Made by a program: the position numbers and the translations under genes. Below the pieces are notes generated by a model that saw nothing but the letters and a program-made list of their open reading frames with translations, was not told the DNA's origin and made no database searches. Positions 39,596 to 49,207 of a stretch of 64,000 bases of DNA are shown here, one piece after another; position 1 is the first letter of the stretch, and every line of letters starts with the position of its first letter. Source of the DNA: Candidatus Thermosaccharophagus tengchongensis (GTDB lineage Bacteria > Armatimonadota > Fervidibacteria > Fervidibacterales > Thermosaccharophagaceae); the NCBI GenBank assembly GCA_032161105.1, contig JAVHTD010000009.1; one strand, written 5' to 3'.

Positions 39596-40420
39596 CTAAT
39601 CATCGCCATCGTGAAAGGCGCATTGCTCAATGTAATCCATAGCCTTTGGAAGCTCAACAAACGGGTCTCCGGGTATGTGACACTCAAATCCAAAGAAGCC
39701 ATCGTAGCCGCTACTCATTAACTCCTTCAGCGGGCGCGCAAACTTCGTATGTCCATATCCGGGCAACCATCTATTGCTGTCGGCAAGATGGACATGTTTT
39801 ATGCGCGTGGCAGCCTCCTTGATTGACGATGCGATGTCAGCTTCCTCTATGTTCATGTGGAAGAAGTCCGCCAATATAGCCATTGCCTCATTTCCAACTC
39901 TTTCGCATATCGCTGAGGCTTCCTTCAGCGTCCTCGGATACCATTGCTCGTAGCGATTGAGCGGCTCAATCAGAAGGCTGCAATTTCGTTTTTGGGCGTG
40001 CTCTGAAAGCTCACTCAGCATCTCAACCATGACTTCCATCTCAACCTGCTCCTGACTTTTCCATGGCGAGAGGTCTGGAATTCTCGGTCGCCCGCCAAGC
40101 TTGATCGGCAACAGCGTGACGACGATTATTCCCACACCGCCAAGCTCACCACACATGTCCAATGTTTCCTTGGCGCATCGCAAATAGCGCATGCGTTCTT
40201 CCTTCCGCGCATCAAGCAATGCGCCCTCCCTGACACTCCATATTGCTGGCACAACTCCGGTTTCCTCTGACGCCCTTCTCACATCATCAAAATGTTCGCG
40301 TGAAGCACTCGCCACAAGCTCAATTCCGGCAATCTCCATGCTTGCGATGCTCTCAAATTTTTCAATGAGCGTTTTCCCGGGTGCCATGTATTCTCGGAGA
40401 GCGAATTTGAGCCTTCGCAT
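39596..40420 (-). CDS. Sugar phosphate isomerase/epimerase (xylose-isomerase-like TIM barrel)
   Basis: IEPLNRYE, ADFFHMNIEE, HVHLADSNR..PGYGH, GFEC. Confidence 0.9.
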   Translation of the reverse strand: MRRLKFALREYMAPGKTLIEKFESIASMEIAGIELVASASREHFDDVRRASEETGVVPAIWSVREGALLDARKEERMRYLRCAKETLDMCGELGGVGIIVVTLLPIKLGGRPRIPDLSPWKSQEQVEMEVMVEMLSELSEHAQKRNCSLLIEPLNRYEQWYPRTLKEASAICERVGNEAMAILADFFHMNIEEADIASSIKEAATRIKHVHLADSNRWLPGYGHTKFARPLKELMSSGYDGFFGFECHIPGDPFVELPKAMDYIEQCAFHDGDD

Positions 40421-40547
40421 CCCACTTGCACCTCCCCATCCAACCTCTCGTGTCCCACTTTCAAAGGACAAAAGCGCACGATGAGCATCCCTACACCGCT
40501 ATGGGCATAGATTGCCTCGCCACTCAAAAGTTGCTCGGCAGGTTTTA

Positions 40548-42536
40548 TCAACGTTGCTCTTTGATGCGAATGAAGATCGGGTTGGTCATCGCCACTGGTA
40601 TTGGATCACCCTCACGGAAAACTTGAACCAAACTCCAACCGTTGTCAGCTGCAAGGTCCATCTCAACAGAGAACTCAGTTTTTCCTCCGACCGCAAAGCT
40701 GTGAATGACCTCGCCGTTTAAGACGATCTCAATCCTGTCAATGGGCGAAACACTTTGAGCCCAAACTTTGACTCTAATTGGTGTGCTGCTGACAGTGCCC
40801 CCAGGCAAGATGCCATCGGCAGTGAATAGCACCAATGTGCCACGACTCAAGAAGCTGCACCCCTCTCTAAGAGCCTTAACAATGTTGGCAGCCGTCAACG
40901 GCTTATCACCCAAGTAGACATAAGTTCTGCGATGCCCCAATCGTGCGCTCTTTCGGTTATGGCTATCAGTCCCCGCTGCGGCGAAGGCTATCACGCCCCT
41001 GTTGAGCATCTCCCACCAAAGCGAAATCGTCTTCTTGACCTCGTCACTACCACCATCGTTCCATACCTCAATCAGCGGCAACTTCTCAAGCTGGCGAGCC
41101 AACTCCGGTGTTTTGGGTGTGCCCGACCAGTGAGGATGATTGAGTTTGATCGTGATTGGGTGCTCGTCGCTGTCGGCTTTCAAGACAGCCTCAATGACCT
41201 GCTGCAAAGGGGTGGCTGGCGTTTCTAAAACAGTGCCGTTAATGATGTTGGCGTGGTAATTCGGCGTGGTGAACTCTTCACCCGGAATAACTGCGAACCT
41301 GCCCGGCTCCGAAAGAGGCAGCGCTTCCTGGTGAGCCATTAGAACATGCTTAATCGTCGGACCGGCACCGTGATCGGTTAAGACAAACCAATCAAGCCCC
41401 TCGCCGCGAGCAGCCTCAACCATTTGAGCGGGTGTATCGTTGCCATCGGAGTAAACTGTATGGGTGTGCGTGTCGCCACAATACCAGCCATCGGGTCGCC
41501 TCAAAATCCGCTGGATGGAGATGCCAATGGATTTTGAATCGGTGGAGACGGAAATTGTCTGAGCCTCAAATTCAAAACCCCTTGAAGCGGTGATGCGGTA
41601 AGTTATCCCGGGAAGCAGGAACAATACCCCTGCACCATCTTTGTCAGTGAATGCAACATAAGGCTCGTTAGCCGTTTGGGGCGATGTGATGTCAAGCCTT
41701 GCAGCGGCGGGTTGATTTTCACCCGCAATGGCGGTGGTGACTTGAACTGCTTGAGGCATGGGCATGAGGACATCGTCGGCAAAGAAGAGACGCAGCTCCT
41801 GCTCAATCCCGAGTGCGTAGATGCCTTTGACATTGCTTATTGTCAACTTCCACAGACCTCTCAAGTCTGGAGCTGTGACTTCAAGGAACTCAAGTGAGCC
41901 GCGGGATAACCCACCCCACCGCTGCTCCGCATTCACGCCTTCAGGTGGCTGCAGCTGAACTTCAACAGTTTGCTCCTCGCGAGGACGAACAAAATTGAAG
42001 CGGACTCTCGCAAGCTCCGGGACCTGGACTGTGAACCTATGGACAGGCTCACCACCAAATTTTGGTTCAGCGAATCTCAAACCGCGAGCGAGCACAACCG
42101 GTTCAGGCTTGGCAAACAAATCAACATCGCCAATCGTCCGCACAAGGAAATGATTGCGGGCGTTTGGGCGACCTTTCGTGGGTTGTGGTCCGGTGATCAT
42201 CAATCGCCAGATGCCCCAACGACCGTTGACGGCGACTTTGTATTCTGACCAAGCTTTGCTTTGCGGATTGGACAGTTTCATTGCCTCAGAGCGGTCAGGT
42301 GCAAAGAGGACAAAGGATGATGGCTGTCCTACCTCTTCATCATCGGCTTGGTCAAAAATCTCCACCGTGAATTCGCTTGTAGTCGGTGGGACATAAATGA
42401 ACAGCTGCATCGTCCGCGCTGAGCTGGTTGCATCAACATAAAGGCTGTCGGGCGACTGGCAAATCCTTTGCGCCCATCCAAGCGAGATAATCAATACAAC
42501 CGACCATAAGGTGCACAGCGACCGCATGAACCGCAT
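40548..42536 (-). CDS. Secreted PHP-domain (CehA/McbA-type) metallohydrolase with N-terminal beta domains
   Basis: GDTHTHTVYSDG, LTDH, GEE, NHPHW, IEVWN, GTDSH, AMTNPIF; signal peptide. Confidence 0.85.
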   Translation of the reverse strand: MRFMRSLCTLWSVVLIISLGWAQRICQSPDSLYVDATSSARTMQLFIYVPPTTSEFTVEIFDQADDEEVGQPSSFVLFAPDRSEAMKLSNPQSKAWSEYKVAVNGRWGIWRLMITGPQPTKGRPNARNHFLVRTIGDVDLFAKPEPVVLARGLRFAEPKFGGEPVHRFTVQVPELARVRFNFVRPREEQTVEVQLQPPEGVNAEQRWGGLSRGSLEFLEVTAPDLRGLWKLTISNVKGIYALGIEQELRLFFADDVLMPMPQAVQVTTAIAGENQPAAARLDITSPQTANEPYVAFTDKDGAGVLFLLPGITYRITASRGFEFEAQTISVSTDSKSIGISIQRILRRPDGWYCGDTHTHTVYSDGNDTPAQMVEAARGEGLDWFVLTDHGAGPTIKHVLMAHQEALPLSEPGRFAVIPGEEFTTPNYHANIINGTVLETPATPLQQVIEAVLKADSDEHPITIKLNHPHWSGTPKTPELARQLEKLPLIEVWNDGGSDEVKKTISLWWEMLNRGVIAFAAAGTDSHNRKSARLGHRRTYVYLGDKPLTAANIVKALREGCSFLSRGTLVLFTADGILPGGTVSSTPIRVKVWAQSVSPIDRIEIVLNGEVIHSFAVGGKTEFSVEMDLAADNGWSLVQVFREGDPIPVAMTNPIFIRIKEQR

Positions 42537-42897
42537 GTCACTCTCACCCCCTCACAAAACCCACCGCAATTTGGCTTTGTTGCAAAGCCCTCAATGTGAC
42601 AGCGGTGAAATGCAAGCTGCCTGAACGAACGAAGTTGAGCGACCTCACACATGCATCATTATACATGCTCTCATGCGCTCCTTTTAAAGCGGACACATGC
42701 GACAATTCGTCATACTGATTATATGGCTTGCTTGCATCCGACTGCTCACCTTAGCTCAGCCCAAAATCCACAACCGGCTTTGGCGCTTGAATTGACGGTC
42801 TTTATATCGCATCCATAGATGCGATTTGTGCCTGACATTAAAGTGCGTTAAGAAACTTTTGGCGGGCTGGATTTGCCGCGTGGGGGTGAGACTCAGT

Positions 42898-44697
42898 TTG
42901 GCAGTCACCGTGAGGACAATACTGGCAACCGATTGTGGAAGCACAACTACGAAGGCGATCCTGATAGAGCACAGCGGTGGAAGATACAGATTGATTGCCC
43001 GCGGTGAGGCACCAACGACAGTTGAAGCACCGTTTGACGATGTCACCATTGGCGTCCTTAATGCTGTGAGGGAACTTGAGGAGCTCACTGGCAGACAGTT
43101 CCTACTTGATGGCAGGGTGCACACGCGTCAAGCCGGCTCCAACTCCGATGACGACATCGGATGCGACATTTATGTTTCCACATCAAGTGCCGGTGGCGGA
43201 CTGCAAATGATGGTCACCGGCGTAGTTAAGACCATGACCGCTGAGAGCGCACAGCGTGCAGCTCTCGGTGCTGGTGCAATCGTCATGGATGTGATCGCAA
43301 TTGATGACGGTAGGGCTGAGCATGAACGGATACAGCGTATGCGCTCATTGCGCCCCGACATGATACTCCTCTCCGGAGGCACTGACGGTGGGACGGTAAC
43401 ACATGTCATTGAGCTCGCCGAGCTCATACTTGCAGCAAACCCGCGCCCAAGGCTTGGGAGTGGAATGAAGCTCCCAATCATTTACGCCGGGAATAGAGAT
43501 GCGAGGGAGAAAATACGCCAGCTGCTTGAGGGCAAATTTGACCTTCGCATAGTTGACAACATACGCCCGACACTTGAAGTTGAGAACCTTCAACCGGCAA
43601 GGGAGGCAATTCATGACCTCTTCCTTGAGCATGTCATGCAGCAAGCTCCCGGATACTCAAAACTTGCAAGTTGGGTATCCGCCGAAATAATGCCGACACC
43701 TATGGCAGTTGGGAAGCTGGTTGAGCTCGTGGCAAATGAGGGGCGAATAAATGTCCTCGCAGTTGACATAGGCGGTGCGACGACCGATGTGTTTTCAGTG
43801 TTTGATGGCAGGTTCACAAGGACTGTTTCGGCTAACCTCGGATTGAGCTACAGCATATGCAATGTGATGGTGAGCGCCGGAATTGAGAACATATCCAGAT
43901 GGCTCCCGATGCGCATGGACGAGGGTGAGATGAGGAACAGGCTTCGCAACAAGATGATTCGTCCAACGACCATACCGCAGACGATGGATAGCTTGTTGCT
44001 TGAGCAAGCTGTGGCAAGGGAAGCCTTAAGGCTCGCGCTTGAGCACCATAAGCAACTCGCCGTCAGGCTGAAGGGTGTGCATGTCCAAAGGACCATCGGT
44101 GAGGTGCTTGGAGCGATTGAGCAAGAAACGCTTGTGGACTTGATGGCGGTAAACCTGATCATCGGGAGCGGCGGCGTCCTCTCACATGCACCGAAGAGAA
44201 ACCAAGCTATGATGATGCTCACCGATGCATTCCAACCGGAGGGTGTCACCGAACTCGCCGTTGATAGCATTTTCATGATGCCACATCTCGGCGTCCTGTC
44301 GCAAGTCCATCCAGAAGCAGCACTGCAGGTCTTCTGGAATGACTGCCTCATACCTCTTGGGACTGTCATTGCTCCAAGGGGGTCTGGCAAGCTCGGCGAA
44401 CCGGTTGGGAGGTTGAGCGTAAGCGGTGGCGAGTTTAACATCTTTGGCGAGGAGATGAGGCTCGGTGAAATCAAACTGCTGCCTGTTGCGCCAAACCGAA
44501 CGATACGAATCAGGTTTGAGCCAACGAGACAATTTGATGTCGGCGCCGGCTATGGGAAAGCATGGGAGGGTGAGGTTAAAGGTGGCGCCGTTGGCGTTCT
44601 CATAGATGCGCGTGGCAGACCGATTCAATTCAGCGCCGATGAAAACGAGCGCATGCTGCAGGTGCAAAACTGGCTTACTGCGGCTGATTGCATTTGA
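42898..44697 (+). CDS. glmL: GlmL/MutL-family (glutamate mutase L) ASKHA protein
   Basis: TDCGSTTTKA, PTTVE, SSAGGGLQM, LLSGGTDGG, MPTP, VDIGGATTDVFS, GSGGVLSH. Confidence 0.85.
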   Translation: MAVTVRTILATDCGSTTTKAILIEHSGGRYRLIARGEAPTTVEAPFDDVTIGVLNAVRELEELTGRQFLLDGRVHTRQAGSNSDDDIGCDIYVSTSSAGGGLQMMVTGVVKTMTAESAQRAALGAGAIVMDVIAIDDGRAEHERIQRMRSLRPDMILLSGGTDGGTVTHVIELAELILAANPRPRLGSGMKLPIIYAGNRDAREKIRQLLEGKFDLRIVDNIRPTLEVENLQPAREAIHDLFLEHVMQQAPGYSKLASWVSAEIMPTPMAVGKLVELVANEGRINVLAVDIGGATTDVFSVFDGRFTRTVSANLGLSYSICNVMVSAGIENISRWLPMRMDEGEMRNRLRNKMIRPTTIPQTMDSLLLEQAVAREALRLALEHHKQLAVRLKGVHVQRTIGEVLGAIEQETLVDLMAVNLIIGSGGVLSHAPKRNQAMMMLTDAFQPEGVTELAVDSIFMMPHLGVLSQVHPEAALQVFWNDCLIPLGTVIAPRGSGKLGEPVGRLSVSGGEFNIFGEEMRLGEIKLLPVAPNRTIRIRFEPTRQFDVGAGYGKAWEGEVKGGAVGVLIDARGRPIQFSADENERMLQVQNWLTAADCI

Positions 44698-44705
44698 TGG
44701 CATAG

Positions 44706-45470
44706 GTGGCAGCAATGCTTGAGCGGTTGCAAAAGGTTCTTGCAAGAGTTGGAGTGGCTTCAAGGCGCAAGGCGGAGGAGCTGATAAAGCAGGGCAGGGT
44801 GAAGGTTGACGGGGTCACAGTGACACAACTCGGATTTAAGGTTGATGCGGAGCGCTCCGTCATAGAGGTTGACGGAAAGCGCATTGATGCGCGGTTGAAA
44901 GCGGTTTACATTGCCCTTCATAAGCCGAGGGGATATGTCACGACGGCTTCGGATCCGCATGTGCCGTTTGAAAAGACGGTCATGAGTTTGCTCCCGCCAC
45001 AGTATCGCAACCTGCACTACATCGGCAGGCTTGATAAGGACAGTGAGGGGCTACTGCTGATGACAAACGATGGCGAGCTAACGCACCTTGTAACGCATCC
45101 GAGGCATGGAATTGAGAAGCGTTATATCGTGACCGTTGAGGGCATCGTCAGGCAAAGCCATTTAAAGCGGCTTAGAGAGGGCATCATCCTTGACGATGGC
45201 AAAAGGCACACGGCAAAGGCTCGCATCATCTCGCTTGGTAGGCGCACGACGACACTTGCAGTGAGCATTCGTGAGGGGCGCAAGCGCCAAATACGGGTCA
45301 TGATGAATAAGCTCGGGTTCAAGGTCACGAGGTTGGTGAGAGTAGCCGTTGGACCGATAAAGCTTGGTGGGTTGAGCCCGGGCGAGTTCAGGCACTTGAC
45401 CGATGAGGAAGTGACAGCGCTATACGAAGCAGCCAAGAGGGGAATGAACGAGGGCGCAATCGGGGATTGA
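44706..45470 (+). CDS. rluB: RsuA/RluB-family rRNA pseudouridine synthase with S4 domain
   Basis: ERLQKVLA..GVASRRKAEELI, GRLDKDSEGLLLMTNDG, EGRKRQIR. Confidence 0.9.
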   Translation: MAAMLERLQKVLARVGVASRRKAEELIKQGRVKVDGVTVTQLGFKVDAERSVIEVDGKRIDARLKAVYIALHKPRGYVTTASDPHVPFEKTVMSLLPPQYRNLHYIGRLDKDSEGLLLMTNDGELTHLVTHPRHGIEKRYIVTVEGIVRQSHLKRLREGIILDDGKRHTAKARIISLGRRTTTLAVSIREGRKRQIRVMMNKLGFKVTRLVRVAVGPIKLGGLSPGEFRHLTDEEVTALYEAAKRGMNEGAIGD

Positions 45471-45565
45471 AGATGGCGTCAAGATTGCATGGGCATGCCG
45501 AATGTCCGAAGTGAGGGTTGGAAAAGCCAGACCTTATTTCGGATACGCGCAATGGCGAGGTGCGC

Positions 45566-46597
45566 ATGAAGGTGAAAGGGTCTCTCCAGTTTGACTTTTC
45601 GGCGGGCAAGCTGCACGCACAGCTTCTTGAAGCGCTGATTGGCAAGCTGCCGCTTGATGACGAGCGCGTTGTTGTCGGTCCGAGGATTGGTGAGGATGCA
45701 GCAGTGATTGATATGGGCGATAGGTATCTTGTGGCAAAGACGGACCCGATCACATTCACCGCAGAGGAAATCGGTTGGTATGCCGTGAATGTGAACGCCA
45801 ACGACATAGCTGTCATGGGGGCAACTCCAAAGTGGTTTATGGCTACCGTGCTCCTGCCGGAGGGCAAATCCGATGAAGCGCTCGCCGAAAGCATATTCAC
45901 GCAAATCGCAAATGCGTGCCGTGAGCTCAACATAACCGTCATCGGCGGTCACACCGAAGTCACATACGGTTTGGATAGACCGATACTCGTTGGGGCGATG
46001 TTGGGCGAGTGCGATAGGGATAAGCTCGTGGTGAGTTCAAATGCGCAAATCGGTGATGCCATTATACTCACCAAAGGCATACCGATTGAGGGCACATCAA
46101 TCATAGCTCGTGAGAAGGGTGATGAGCTTTTTAGGCGCGGCTACGAGGCTTCGTTTATTGAGCGGGCAAAGCGAATGCTTTATGAGCCGGGGATAAGCGT
46201 TGTAAAGGATGCGCTCATTGCAACCTCCTCTGGGAGAGTGCACGCCATGCACGACCCAACCGAGGGAGGATTGGCAATGGGGCTGTATGAGCTTTCATGG
46301 GCGTCTGGGGTGAGCATTGAGGTTGATGGGGAAGCCATCAAGATTGTTGAGGAGGGTGCAAGGCTGTGTGCTGAATTTGGTTTGAACCCGCTTGGGACAA
46401 TCGCATCAGGCGCGTTGCTCATTGTTGCCCATCCGGATGATGCCGATGGCATCGTCAAAGCGTTAAATGCCTCAGGGATAAGCGCAGCCGTTATTGGGCG
46501 CGTGACATCGGTTGGGAATGAAGTCACTTTGAGGCATGGAAATGAACGCCTCACCATGCCACTGTTTGTGAAGGACGAAATAGCAAAGCTGTTTTAG
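45566..46597 (+). CDS. AIR synthase-related (PurM/HypE-like) protein
   Basis: IGEDAAV, KTDPIT, NANDIAVMGA, GGHTE, AMHDPTEGG, ASGALL. Confidence 0.85.
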   Translation: MKVKGSLQFDFSAGKLHAQLLEALIGKLPLDDERVVVGPRIGEDAAVIDMGDRYLVAKTDPITFTAEEIGWYAVNVNANDIAVMGATPKWFMATVLLPEGKSDEALAESIFTQIANACRELNITVIGGHTEVTYGLDRPILVGAMLGECDRDKLVVSSNAQIGDAIILTKGIPIEGTSIIAREKGDELFRRGYEASFIERAKRMLYEPGISVVKDALIATSSGRVHAMHDPTEGGLAMGLYELSWASGVSIEVDGEAIKIVEEGARLCAEFGLNPLGTIASGALLIVAHPDDADGIVKALNASGISAAVIGRVTSVGNEVTLRHGNERLTMPLFVKDEIAKLF

Positions 46598-46620
46598 CCG
46601 ATTGTGGGATTGGCGCCATG

Positions 46621-46641
46621 TCGGCGAGGCGCCCTCACCGA
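46621..46641. repeat. Short GC-rich palindrome at the left edge of the Doc islet
   Basis: TCGGCGAGG-cgc-CCTCACCGA, 9-bp stem with one mismatch. Confidence 0.4.
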
Positions 46642-46717
46642 AGCGGAGTCTTAAAAGAAAAAGGGGCATCCAATGAATGACTGATGCCGCCGATACTACA
46701 AACTGCGATAAGCAAGG

Positions 46718-47173
46718 GTGAGCACCATGTGGTCTCAAGACGATGGGCATTCAGCAATTCAGCACAAGGTCATTGACCGATATAGCGATGGAGATTTAGA
46801 GGTTGCCCTTGTAGAGCGCCAAATGGTAGGTGGGGCAGTTGACTACATCCTTCATGTAGAGCCAAAGACCTTCACGACTTCAGGCATTCAATGGACGCAC
46901 TTCCTTGAGTGGTTAGGATTTCGTTACTTCAATAATTGCCCCCATGTTTTAAGTCATTGCTGCCTTTGGAGGAAATGGGACAGCAATACAACCGATGCAG
47001 AGAAAATCGCCCGAACTTTGAAGGAAGCATACCAGCGAGTGAAAGAAGGGGATAAATTGCTTTCGGAAACGCCCTTGAAACTTCCAGAAAGCAATTTGGG
47101 GTGGCTTTACTTTCTCGCCCCTGAGGACATGAAACGACACGAACCTTTGATGCGATGGTTGGCGGAGTTGTGA
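46718..47173 (+). CDS. Hypothetical protein A of Doc islet (paralog of 47573-47974)
   Basis: 151-aa ORF ending 4 nt before the doc start; shares DGH.AI.HK and CP-x(6)-C-x-W motifs with protein B. Confidence 0.7.
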   Translation: MSTMWSQDDGHSAIQHKVIDRYSDGDLEVALVERQMVGGAVDYILHVEPKTFTTSGIQWTHFLEWLGFRYFNNCPHVLSHCCLWRKWDSNTTDAEKIARTLKEAYQRVKEGDKLLSETPLKLPESNLGWLYFLAPEDMKRHEPLMRWLAEL

Positions 47174-47177
47174 GGGA

Positions 47178-47576
47178 GTGTCCATCAAATACCTTACGGC
47201 TGAGGAGATAGAGAGCCTTCACGAGCAAATCATGCTTCGTTTTGGAGGCGTTATAGGCGTGCTCAACCGAACCCTGTTGGAATCTGCAGCGGGGAGACCA
47301 AAAATGGCTATTGGAGAGCAGGAACTTTATCCGACACTCGAAGAAAAAGCGGCGGCTTTAATGCACTCGCTCATTGCAAACCATCCTTTTGTAGATGGCA
47401 ACAAACGGACAGCGTTTCTCGCCACTCAGGAATTCTTGCGGCTAAATAACCATCAAATTGTTGCAACAAACGAAGAATTGTTGGAGTTTACCTTAGCCAT
47501 TGCTGAGGGGCGGCTTGAGTTTCACGAAATCGTTGATTGGCTGTGCTCTCATATTCAACCGACAAGGAGGAGATGA
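47178..47576 (+). CDS. doc: Death-on-curing (Doc) family toxin
   Basis: LESAAGRP, LYPTLEEKAAAL, HPFVDGNKRTA. Confidence 0.92.
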   Translation: MSIKYLTAEEIESLHEQIMLRFGGVIGVLNRTLLESAAGRPKMAIGEQELYPTLEEKAAALMHSLIANHPFVDGNKRTAFLATQEFLRLNNHQIVATNEELLEFTLAIAEGRLEFHEIVDWLCSHIQPTRRR

Positions 47577-47974
47577 GAATGTGGGATGGTCACACGGCAA
47601 TAGAGCACAAAATAGCAAAAGACCCTATAAGCCATGGAGGTTTCACTTTCTGCCTCACCTTCGCAACACTGGCAGATGGACGCAAGTCTTTCGTTATCCA
47701 TATCGCTTCCAATGAATCGTTGTCACCCGATGCGAAAAGATGGATGGAAAAGATGGGAATGGTTGAACACTCAAGTTGCCCTTATCTGGGACAGCGACCT
47801 TGCTTTTGGAAAGGGATAGAAGTTTCGGGTCTGACAGATGACCCATATGCCTATCGCCAACAAGTGCACGCTATCCATCACGCCTTTGATCAACTTTGCC
47901 AAAGGTTCCCTGAAGCGCTTGGGAAACTTCAAGAGGCTTCCCAGATTTTGGCTGAAATCGGTTTAGGGTTGTGA
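47573..47974 (+). CDS. Hypothetical protein B of Doc islet
   Basis: SD AAGGAGG, ATGA overlap with the doc stop; paralogous to protein A. Confidence 0.75.
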   Translation: MRMWDGHTAIEHKIAKDPISHGGFTFCLTFATLADGRKSFVIHIASNESLSPDAKRWMEKMGMVEHSSCPYLGQRPCFWKGIEVSGLTDDPYAYRQQVHAIHHAFDQLCQRFPEALGKLQEASQILAEIGLGL

Positions 47975-48228
47975 GCGGAAAGGGTGAGATGCATAGACAT
48001 CCTCAAGTTCATCGGACAGCGATTGCCCGAGGCGCGGGAATTTTGGGTTTGAAGCAGGAGGAAGCAACAAGGCGATTGGGCATAACGCGTGGATATCTTT
48101 CGCAACTTGGGACTGGCAAGCGACGCATCCCGATGAGGCTATTGGCGAAATGCGCTGAACTTTACGCTTCAGGATGCGCGTTTGAGCGATTGGGAAAAGG
48201 TGAAGTCATGTGTATGAGCATCCAATAG
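47971..48228 (+). CDS. XRE-family helix-turn-helix protein, possibly degenerate
   Basis: GLKQEEATRRLGITRGYLSQLGTGKRRIP; GTGA overlap with upstream ORF. Confidence 0.55.
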   Translation: MSGKGEMHRHPQVHRTAIARGAGILGLKQEEATRRLGITRGYLSQLGTGKRRIPMRLLAKCAELYASGCAFERLGKGEVMCMSIQ

Positions 48229-49145
48229 ACCCGCTCGGGTTGTGTTCACCTTCAGCAGTCCTTAGCTTGATGCGAGAGCACCGCATCCGACCAAGCAAGC
48301 ATCTTGGACAACACTTCATCATAGACCGAAATGCCCTCAGGCGAATTGTTAACGCAGCTCAACTTCAAGAGGATGACCATGTGCTTGAGATCGGGACTGG
48401 CTTCGGGACGCTAACAGCGGCGCTCGCAGTCAGATGCAAAACCGTAGTCACGGTTGAGAGGGACAAAAAGTTGGCGCGCATAGCTGAGGAGCTGCTATCG
48501 CCATTTGGGAATGTGCGTGTGATCGCCAACGACTTCGTGAAGCTTGGTTTGCCCGAAGCTTTGGAACAAGGCAATGGTGGGCACGCTGGTTTTTGGAAGG
48601 TCATCGGGAACTTGCCATACTATGCCACAAAGCCCATCCTGATGAAGATACTCTCACACCGCTCACTCTTTGGGCTATGCGTGCTCACGGTCCAGCGTGA
48701 GGTGGCGGAGAGAATTGCATCAAGTCATGGCACGAGGGCATACGGCATTTTGAGCATAGCCGCACAGCTGTTTTCGGATGTTGAGCTGCTCTTTGACATC
48801 TCTCCAAACTGCTTCCTGCCGCCTCCGAAGGTGACTTCAAAGGTTGTGAGGCTTCACATCCTGAAGGAGCCAAGATACGAACTTCCCAATGAGGCTCTCT
48901 TCTTTGATGTTGTTAGGGCTGCCTTCTCCGAGCGCCGAAAGCGCATAATTAACTCGCTGAGCAGCCATGCGCATAAGCTTGGATTGACCAGGGAGCAAAT
49001 TGAAAGCGCCCTTAGAAGCGCCGGAATTGATCCGAGTGAGCGTGCAGAACATGTCAGCATAGCCAGCTTCGTGAATTTGGCATGGGCGATTCAGAGGACG
49101 GGCAAATCACAAGCGGCAAACAAGACAAAACGATTTGAAGGATGA
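48210..49145 (+). CDS. rsmA: 16S rRNA m6,2A1518/1519 dimethyltransferase
   Basis: KHLGQHFI, LEIGTGFGTLT, GNLPYY, VQREVAERI, FLPPPKVTS, RAEH. Confidence 0.95.
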   Translation: MYEHPIDPLGLCSPSAVLSLMREHRIRPSKHLGQHFIIDRNALRRIVNAAQLQEDDHVLEIGTGFGTLTAALAVRCKTVVTVERDKKLARIAEELLSPFGNVRVIANDFVKLGLPEALEQGNGGHAGFWKVIGNLPYYATKPILMKILSHRSLFGLCVLTVQREVAERIASSHGTRAYGILSIAAQLFSDVELLFDISPNCFLPPPKVTSKVVRLHILKEPRYELPNEALFFDVVRAAFSERRKRIINSLSSHAHKLGLTREQIESALRSAGIDPSERAEHVSIASFVNLAWAIQRTGKSQAANKTKRFEG

Positions 49146-49207
49146 GCCCTTGGTGAGTGGGTATCCGAAAAGTTTTAGCATGTCAGTGACGCCACAATGT
49201 ATGCCGC

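Noticed and set aside
45566..46597. hypE / hydrogenase maturation or selD call
   Set aside because: Lacks the HypE C-terminal PRIC motif and the SelD N-terminal Cys/Sec-x-x-K; no hyp or sel genes nearby
46598..48228. Doc islet as a prophage or IS element
   Set aside because: No integrase or transposase, and no terminal or direct repeats found by eye
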